Position numbers and translations under genes: made by a program. DNA of 64,000 nt from a virus: the IMG/VR virus record IMGVR_UViG_3300046171_000314, positions 1-64,000 of that record. One strand, 5' to 3'. Position 1 is the stretch's first letter, and every line of letters starts with the position of its first letter. Positions 57,017 through 64,000 of this stretch are shown piece after piece. Under the pieces are notes generated by a model. That model did no database searches and was not told the DNA's origin. It saw nothing but the letters and a program-made list of their open reading frames with translations.

Positions 57017-58513
57017 ATGAATTTCAAGAAAAAGGCTTTCAGCACAAAAGATAAATCGACCCTGATACGGACATTTATTAATGACCCAAATTTTGGGAAC
57101 TTGAGTAACTATCCTGATATTGTGAGTGCTACGGATTCCCAATTAGCGGAGATGTTTGACTACGTTGTTGTTCAAGGAAAAAGACAGTGGAAAACTGGAC
57201 CTTCAAATATGAACTCAAAGGAATGGACAGAAGAGATAGAGTCAAGGTTCTCCTATTATCTAAGTGGGCAAAACATCAATACGACTATTGATACAACAGT
57301 TGATGACCCCACCCAAATGATAAAAAATGTTCACAGACAAGACAATATTCTTGGGAGGAACATACAAGGTTATATCGGAAGTAAGCCTGCTAACGAGCAG
57401 CACGTAGGACAACTTGCCGCAGGGTTCATTAAGTTTATGGCATCTCGTGTAAAGGATATGCAGAAAAACCATAAGATTATGAGAAGGCACATCAAGAATG
57501 TCACAGAACTTGGTGGGAATACTGATGAAGATGGTGGGCTAGATATAGAAAATATGGCAGATGAAGCCGCTATGGGTGGAGGTCGAGCCACAGGACACAG
57601 GTACTTTTTAAGAAATTGGCACGACTACTACAAGTACTCATCAGAGGTACAACAAATCGGAGAAGCCATTGAAGGCATTGATAGTGTTTTTGTCGACTTG
57701 GTTCAAAATGCGATAGAGCCTGCGATCCTAAAGCAAACCTTCAAGGCAGGCGGTCTGACAATTGAAGAAGAGCGGTTCATCTTCTATGCAGGATTTGGAT
57801 TAGATTACTTCGTTCCTTTTTCAAGTGGATCATCTGAAAACCAAACTCAACAATTGGGGAATATGCGAATTGTTCCTCCTTTCAGAAAGCCCTCTGTGTA
57901 TGACCTTAGTTACTATTTGCTTTGTTCTGCTTTGAAGAGAAGTGGGATGACCTTAAAAGAATTCGGAGATGTTGAAGAGGTAGCAGGAAAAAAATCCAAA
58001 GGGAAGATGTCTGCTAGTGCGAACTATAAGAAATACTTGAAAGCAATAGAAATGGCATTCAATGGGGGGTCAGGAAAGCCTTATGATCAAGTCTATGGGA
58101 ACGCAGGAAAAACAGCCCAAACAACCGCTGCCAAAATAAAAAACACTAATCAATTTGAAGCGAAGGATTTGAACGGATTGCGAGCCATCATCACTAAGAA
58201 GATTGGGTCACAAGGACAGTTTGAGAAAGCGGCTTTCGAACTAACTCAATTCCACATTGAAATGGACGAGGATAAGTCTTATGCGGAATGGCTTCCTGAG
58301 GGCTTTGCTTCGAACTATCCAAAGTACGCAAAAGAACTACTCAAGCACTTTGAAACGTTAGATATAGGACTTACCATCCTTGCAAGTAAGAAAACAGCCT
58401 CTGCTGTTCGTGTTGCAAATGCTTATATGGATAAGTACAAGAACAATCGACTTATCCAACGAGTGGCTTACAAGCACTTGATGAATAACGCCAACCCCAA
58501 AATCAGTTTTTAG
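57017..58513 (+). CDS. large probable virion protein with two C-terminal RVA tags
   Basis: MNFKKKAFS leader; KKTASAVRVANAY and LIQRVAYKHL; class C motif at 56966-56978. Confidence 0.7.
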   Translation: MNFKKKAFSTKDKSTLIRTFINDPNFGNLSNYPDIVSATDSQLAEMFDYVVVQGKRQWKTGPSNMNSKEWTEEIESRFSYYLSGQNINTTIDTTVDDPTQMIKNVHRQDNILGRNIQGYIGSKPANEQHVGQLAAGFIKFMASRVKDMQKNHKIMRRHIKNVTELGGNTDEDGGLDIENMADEAAMGGGRATGHRYFLRNWHDYYKYSSEVQQIGEAIEGIDSVFVDLVQNAIEPAILKQTFKAGGLTIEEERFIFYAGFGLDYFVPFSSGSSENQTQQLGNMRIVPPFRKPSVYDLSYYLLCSALKRSGMTLKEFGDVEEVAGKKSKGKMSASANYKKYLKAIEMAFNGGSGKPYDQVYGNAGKTAQTTAAKIKNTNQFEAKDLNGLRAIITKKIGSQGQFEKAAFELTQFHIEMDEDKSYAEWLPEGFASNYPKYAKELLKHFETLDIGLTILASKKTASAVRVANAYMDKYKNNRLIQRVAYKHLMNNANPKISF

Positions 58514-58749
58514 TTTAATCCATACTTAGCCAACAACTCAGGGGAGGGGATGAATCCAATGTCATTTCCTCCCTTGAACTTTAACAAGAGTTCCTTCACC
58601 TGAGCATCATTCAATCCTCTCAATGCGTTCTCTTGTGCTTGCCAATGAGCCTTTGCAAGTTTTGCAGACTCAGCAGGAACACCAAGACCCTCTATTTTTT
58701 CAATGGGTTGGGGTTTGTTTATTGCAACACTTCTTTTTAGGAAAGCCAT
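58510..58749 (-). CDS. small hypothetical protein
   Basis: GAGGTG RBS before MAFLKR. Confidence 0.5.
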   Translation of the reverse strand: MAFLKRSVAINKPQPIEKIEGLGVPAESAKLAKAHWQAQENALRGLNDAQVKELLLKFKGGNDIGFIPSPELLAKYGLN

Positions 58750-58785
58750 AGGACACCTCACACAAAGGGGGGGGGAATAAAAGAG

Positions 58786-59610
58786 TTATTGACCATCAAA
58801 GAAAGAGCGTGTCAATTGACGAACTCTTTTGATGCGAGCCGATATCTCTTTGGGTTCTATTTGAAGGCTCTCTGAAATTTCTTTTCGAGTCATTCCTAGC
58901 AAGAGCATATCTAGTATTGGTTCAAGATTTTTTCCGTGCTCTCTTATGAACTTGGCGAGGCTCTTTTTAGCAACCTCTTCCTCTGTCGCATTTTGAGGAG
59001 ATGTATAGTAATCCTCAATTGCTGCTGCTGAGACATCAACAAAGGCTTTGTTTCCATTTTCATCAAAGCCCATTATTCCAACCTGTTCTCTTTCTTTGAG
59101 TTTGTTCATCTTGCGATGATAGTTGGCTACGATACAACCGCACACCATATGGACATAATGTCCAAAAGAACTTTTTGCTGCATCGAAAGGACAGATGCCC
59201 TTATTTCGAGCCAAGATGCCACGATAGATTTCTTGCAAAACATCTTCAGGATCATACCCTGCGGCATAGCATTGTCTTCCAAATCCTGCGTAGAATAGTT
59301 TGCGAACTTCGTGAGATCTGTTCTTCAGATCTATTCCAAGATGAGCGGTACTGACTCTGTGTAGTTCTGCAATAGGGTCGAAAACAGGTTGGGCTTCATT
59401 TGTCCATCGAAAGTATTGTTGGAAAGACATTCTAGTTTTCTTTCCATATAAAGTAGAGAAGAATTGGTAAGCAGACAAGTATTCCTCACCATCCATTTCA
59501 AAGACAACTTTCTCGCCCTTCTTTTTTAATCTGACAAGTCTTGACCCATGTTCTCGTTTGGTGTACATCTCCTGTCCGATAAATTTTTCATAAATTGCAG
59601 TAACCGCCAT
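58786..59610 (-). CDS. ECF-type RNA polymerase sigma factor with extra N-terminal domain
   Basis: DPEDVLQEIY...FDAAKSSFGHYVHMVCGCIVANYHRK (region 2); GMTRKEISESLQIEPKEISARIKR (region 4). Confidence 0.8.
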   Translation of the reverse strand: MAVTAIYEKFIGQEMYTKREHGSRLVRLKKKGEKVVFEMDGEEYLSAYQFFSTLYGKKTRMSFQQYFRWTNEAQPVFDPIAELHRVSTAHLGIDLKNRSHEVRKLFYAGFGRQCYAAGYDPEDVLQEIYRGILARNKGICPFDAAKSSFGHYVHMVCGCIVANYHRKMNKLKEREQVGIMGFDENGNKAFVDVSAAAIEDYYTSPQNATEEEVAKKSLAKFIREHGKNLEPILDMLLLGMTRKEISESLQIEPKEISARIKRVRQLTRSFFDGQ

Positions 59611-59647
59611 CTATCCCCCCTTTCTGTGATTTGCAAGATTAAGGTGT

Positions 59648-59676
59648 ATTGTAAGAGAATAGGTCTTGACTGTCAA
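59648..59676 (-). promoter_or_regulatory. host sigma70-type promoter
   Basis: TTGACA-N17-TACAAT. Confidence 0.8.
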
Positions 59677-59694
59677 AGATTTTAATCAAGATTA

Positions 59695-60054
59695 TCAGTT
59701 AGCCTTTGGCATAAAAAGCCCAAACAATTTCGCCATTTCAGTAACCATTTCGTCATAGTGAGTGAAAATCCAAAACATAAGAATTACCCCTTGTTCTGAT
59801 ACTGTTGCAAAAACAGAGTCCTCCCATTCTTCTTTGGGCGGAAGATCCTTTAGTGCTTCCTCATTGTCCGTTAAGCACTCCAACATAACAAACCACATAC
59901 TTTGCCCCATCAGGTCACCATTACGGAATAGGATCTTACTGCCGCCTTTTAGTACTGCCTTGTGCTTAACCTCCCAACTGATCATTGTTGCCAATGCTGT
60001 TTCAATGGCTGATTTTACTGATTTATATTCGTCTTCTTCCACAGAAGCCCCCAA
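59695..60054 (-). CDS. hypothetical protein (start uncertain)
   Basis: non-overlapping part of ORF 59695..60321. Confidence 0.45.
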   Translation of the reverse strand: MGASVEEDEYKSVKSAIETALATMISWEVKHKAVLKGGSKILFRNGDLMGQSMWFVMLECLTDNEEALKDLPPKEEWEDSVFATVSEQGVILMFWIFTHYDEMVTEMAKLFGLFMPKAN

Positions 60055-60109
60055 CGTTAATCTTTGTATACTTAGGAGGGTATATCTAAGGATTATCAAA
60101 GGATATGAA

Positions 60110-60757
60110 ATGAAAAAAAATGTCTTGGATAAGGGCTTTGTATCCCTTGTCGATTCGATGGGCAGTGACCTATCCGTAGTAAACTCCGCTAGAGTTTCGT
60201 TTGGAAAGAGAACTGAAAAGATGCGACCTCGTGATGAGAAACTTGTCAAGTACCTTTGGGAGCACAAACATAGTTCTCCTTTTCGACACGCAACTTTGCA
60301 GTTCCATATCAAAGCACCCATTTTTGTTCTCCGACAATGGATGAAACATCAGGTGGGGTGTTCTTGGAATGAGGCGAGCGGCAGATACATAGAGTTCGAA
60401 GGAGATTTTTATCATCCTGAAACATATCGACTTCAAAGTTCCGACAACAAACAAGGCTCGCATGGGCAGATACCAAAACAAGATCAAGCAAAAACCATTT
60501 ACGAAACATGTATGGTGTATGCTCTTAGAGATTACACACGATTACTTGAACTTGGTGTGTGTAAAGAACAGGCTCGTATGGTGTTGCCTCTTTCCCTTTA
60601 CACTGAATGTTATTGGACTTGCTCCCTCCAAGCCCTGATACACTTCCTTTCTTTAAGAGAAGATTCGCACTCTCAGTGGGAGATACAAGAGTATGCTCGT
60701 GCGGTAAGAGAGTTAGTAAAAGAGTTATTTCCTGTGTCCTTAAACTTAGGTCAATAA
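60110..60757 (+). CDS. thyX: FAD-dependent thymidylate synthase
   Basis: VNSARVS; HSSPF; RQWMKH...WNEASGRY; KEQARMVLP; HSQWEI. Confidence 0.95.
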   Translation: MKKNVLDKGFVSLVDSMGSDLSVVNSARVSFGKRTEKMRPRDEKLVKYLWEHKHSSPFRHATLQFHIKAPIFVLRQWMKHQVGCSWNEASGRYIEFEGDFYHPETYRLQSSDNKQGSHGQIPKQDQAKTIYETCMVYALRDYTRLLELGVCKEQARMVLPLSLYTECYWTCSLQALIHFLSLREDSHSQWEIQEYARAVRELVKELFPVSLNLGQ

Positions 60758-60794
60758 CTCTCCTATATTTACAGAGGAAATGAAAGGAGAGCAT

Positions 60795-61109
60795 ATGCAC
60801 GGACTACATACAACGGCTTGGGTCTTCGATACAACTGATTACAAAGCAATCAAAGTTATCGACCAATACAGAGATGCAGACCACGCTCTTGCAGGTGCTT
60901 TAAGGATTATCAAAGGCATTATGGAAGAGGTTGTTTCAGAATACACCATTACTTTTTTGAATGATGATGTTGTAATAGGTGGAGAACTCATCAGGGGTAT
61001 TTGCGTGACCGTTGAAGATGCTCCTGTTGGAACTTTTGTGCCTCAGACAGAACTTGAAGAACCCTTCCAACTCGTCGTAGATGGGGAAGAGCACTTTTAT
61101 TTATATTAG
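60795..61109 (+). CDS. hypothetical protein
   Basis: AGGAG RBS; class C motif at 60755-60767. Confidence 0.6.
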   Translation: MHGLHTTAWVFDTTDYKAIKVIDQYRDADHALAGALRIIKGIMEEVVSEYTITFLNDDVVIGGELIRGICVTVEDAPVGTFVPQTELEEPFQLVVDGEEHFYLY

Positions 61110-61118
61110 GAGAAAACT

Positions 61119-62154
61119 ATGAGTTTAGCGGAGAAAATTCTTGATTGTGATGACCTCATTACTTGGGATTCAGGAAGCATTTCAAGAGAAGATGCTATCG
61201 AAGAGATTGAAGATGCTTTAGACAACAGCCCTTATGGGGGTTATGGGTACAGCCTCAACTCAAAAGATTTGATTTATGTTGAAAAAAAATTGGGTTGGCT
61301 CAGACACCGTACTCATTTTTGAAGACATGGAAGATGCCGAGAAAGAAGCCAAAGAGTATTGGAGAGACTCCTTAGAAGGAGACTCAGGTCTTGTCAATAT
61401 GGAAGAGGCAGGTCGCAATGGGTTCTTGAACAAGTCACACAAAGAAGTTGAAGATGATTGGGTTGAGGGAGAAGTCGAGACATATCAAAAAGACCCTGAT
61501 GATGCTATCTCAGACTTTCAAAGCCTCTCTGATAAAAATGATGAATGGACAGAAGAGATCGAAAGCATTGAAGAAGAACTCGATAACATTAACGATGGTT
61601 GGGATGAAATCAAATATCTTATGAAAGGGATGAGAAAGCCTAAGGAAAAGCCAAGTAGAAAGTCCATCTCACACGGAGAGAAGATTACAGTACTTTTGAT
61701 GTCTGATGACGCAGGTAAAAGACAAGCGGTTGAACTTTTAGAAGCCCTTGCCGATATAGATGAGAATGATCCACAAGAGGTTGCGGATCTCTACGGAATG
61801 TTAGACAAAGCCTATGACACTATGAAAGATGCTTACGATGAGAAAGACGATGAACTAACAGATAAGAAAGATGATTACAAAGATTGGTATCAAAATGACC
61901 TTATCGATCTCATTGCTGATGAAGTAGAAGATCAGGTAAGATCCGACATTCAAATGAACTATCACGGTGATATGTTCTCTTATCTCACTATGCACTACGG
62001 TTTAGATGAAGAAAATGTAATTGAGAATTACTATAATGGCATCGACTATGAAGCCTATGCCGAGCACATCGTAGATCACGGTGGTGCAGGCACTCTGAAC
62101 TCTTATGATGGGAACATTTACGAAGAGTGTGGATTAGTTTGGTTACTCTTTTAG
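61119..62154 (+). CDS. very acidic protein with internal QA-helix tag (frameshift in A-run ~61282-61289)
   Basis: removing one A joins 61119..61322 to 61276..62154; EKITVLLMSDDAGKRQAVELLEAL. Confidence 0.6.
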
Positions 62155-62176
62155 AGACTGACTTGTTTTCTGACAA

Positions 62177-62208
62177 TAAAAAAGCCGATCATACTTGATC
62201 GGCTTTTT
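62177..62208. terminator. bidirectional terminator
   Basis: AAAAAGCCGATCA-TACT-TGATCGGCTTTTT. Confidence 0.8.
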
Positions 62209-62227
62209 GCATTATGAGGTGTGTGTT

Positions 62228-63747
62228 CTATTTGTCATTGACAGGTTCTATTTCTTGGGAGATAACTCCTCTTTCCTTTGAAACAACATAGGCTGTTAAG
62301 GCTTTCCGAGATTTGTACCCTGACTTTGCGTGCCAAGCATCTGTTCCTGCCAAAGAAGGCATACGAAATACGGTCACATTACCAAAAGTTGGTAGTTCTC
62401 TTTCGGTGTGAAAGTGTCCTGTGAAAATAAACTTGTTACTTGTGATACCCCATTTCTGTCTTTCTTCTCCTGCAATGATAGCGGGGCCAATCTTTTACTG
62501 AACCGATGTCACCGTGCAAGAAAGCAAGTAAGTTCTCTCCGTAAACCACATACTGTCTGTTGAGCAAAGATTCAACGACCTCAACATTTTCTGTGTTGTG
62601 AAACCAACCCTTCATCGATGCTCTCAATAAGGTGCTCGTGTAGTAATCGTGATTTCCTGCAATAACAAACAAGGTGACAGGAGCGAACTGCCGAACAAAA
62701 TCAACATACTCTCGACAAAGTTCGACCCAAGACCAAGCCAACTCTTCAGGAGTGCCATCACAATCTTGTGCTGTCCCACGAGTAGTCGTCTTACTTTGAT
62801 TGTCTATGTGTAAGCCATCTCCACCAAGAGCAAGGAAAATCTTATCAGGCTGTCCTCTATTTTCTAGTCTTGATAACAATCCTGCTGTTGCAGAAAACAA
62901 ACGCTCCTTTGCTATTTGCCTGTTGTAAGGATCACCTCCAAACTCAGGTCCGTACTTGCCCCAATGAAAGTCAGTTGGAGAGATGACCACAGAATAAGCC
63001 TCCTTCGATTCTTTTAATTTCAAAGGGCGGACTTTATAGTCCCCTGATGTTTGTATGATCTTGTTGAACAGGTCTGCTTGGAGGAACTCCCTTCTTCTAA
63101 ACTTCTCAGCATCTTTCTTTATCTTATTCCATTCCTTTCTTTGGGCTTTCACAAGAACTTGCTCTTCTTTCTTTCTAAGTAGATCTTCAACCAAGTGTAT
63201 TTGTTCTGTGCCTGACATCTCTTCGTCTGTCCAAGGGGCTTGAATCGTGGGTCACACCCATAACTCTCAGTAGTTCAACTACGGTCTTTCGTGACAGCCC
63301 TTGCTTTCTGCAAATCTCATTTATGCTTGCAGGAGCACCATCCCAATTTGAATAGGCTTCCTTGATAGACCTCCAACGAACCGCAGGAATAGCAAGTGGT
63401 CGCTTTCTTGATGGCAAATGTACAACATATAAATCACGATCTTTGTCGTACCAATAAGTTTGATTGTGCTCCCAATTGTCTACTTCAAGTGGAGGAAGAT
63501 TTTCCTCTGAAGCAGACTCAGAACCATAAATCTCTTCCTCAGAAATAGTGTCCTCTTCTTCTATGTCAGGGCTTAATATGTTTTTCAAACACCAAGTACC
63601 AACAGCCTTTGCTTCTTTGTATGAATCAAGACCTAAAAATTCTCCGTGCCTGTCATAAAGCCTCTTCCAATTATATGTTCTTGCTAATGACTTAATGGTC
63701 GCTCTCTGTCCCTCCGACAGAGAACTCCAAAACTTTTCGATATTCAT
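62228..63747 (-). CDS. calcineurin-like metallophosphoesterase with N-terminal HTH (two frameshifts, ~63236 and ~62484)
   Basis: TDFHWG; GGDGLH; AGNHD; HGD; after removing the extra C bases the frame continues WPAIIAGE...TGHFH to TAG at 62228. Confidence 0.8.
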
Positions 63748-64000
63748 AAAGAAAATCCCCCATAGTAGTTTCACTAATAGGGGCATAATAGAACGATTAA
63801 CAGAACTTAGGGGATTCCTATGTATTCATGTGAATAACAAACACGAATTTTTTCCCTGTTCGAATGATCTTTATTTTTTTGAAAAGACTCAACCATTGTT
63901 GTGTATCGATCCGTTCGATATACTCGGTTTTTTGAGGTAGGCTTCCACTTGGGTGATCTTTCTCTTTGCTCTCCTAATCTTGGGTGGGCTGTTTTTCCAA

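Noticed and set aside
61276-61322. Programmed frameshift at the A-run
   Set aside because: A homopolymer indel is the simpler explanation, and no stimulatory structure is evident.
1-64000. Stop-codon reassignment (code 15 or 4)
   Set aside because: TAG and TGA both end well-defined genes, coding density is high in code 11, and the breaks are frame changes except for one TGA.

Overview
This window looks like part of a large (jumbo-type) tailed bacteriophage genome in genetic code 11. It is densely packed with mostly hypothetical ORFs. Recognisable genes include a Zn-finger MoxR/CobS-like AAA+ ATPase, a CobT-like vWA partner split into two divergent genes, adenosine deaminase, a DUF2828 TROVE/vWA-like protein, tRNA-Arg(UCU), a Crp/Fnr regulator, GroEL, PLD and SNase nucleases, a PAP2 phosphatase, a C39 peptidase fusion, two sigma-like factors, ThyX and a metallophosphoesterase. 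Most of the unexplained structure lies at motif level. (1) A probable sigma cascade: both sigma-like genes sit behind host sigma70-type promoters, and three phage-specific upstream motifs recur: TRACGTAA-N11-TCGTATA (11 copies), TADY-N5-TATH (about 17) and YTYGGTA. (2) About 25 otherwise unrelated proteins, mostly behind the second motif, carry portable short tags: RVAxxY/H, a K[LI]xxL..QAxxLxx[AST]L helical hairpin, and [KR]-x-A sites. These suggest a modular virion-cargo loading and processing system. (3) Two copies of a stem-CAGCAA RNA element lie next to the DUF2828 gene. (4) There is a 21-bp-period iteron-like array and a pseudoknotted RNA. Several frameshifts (GroEL, C39 fusion, phosphoesterase and others) look like long-read indels and cluster at GCCC/GGCC. 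All family assignments are by-eye motif recognition; no searches were run.
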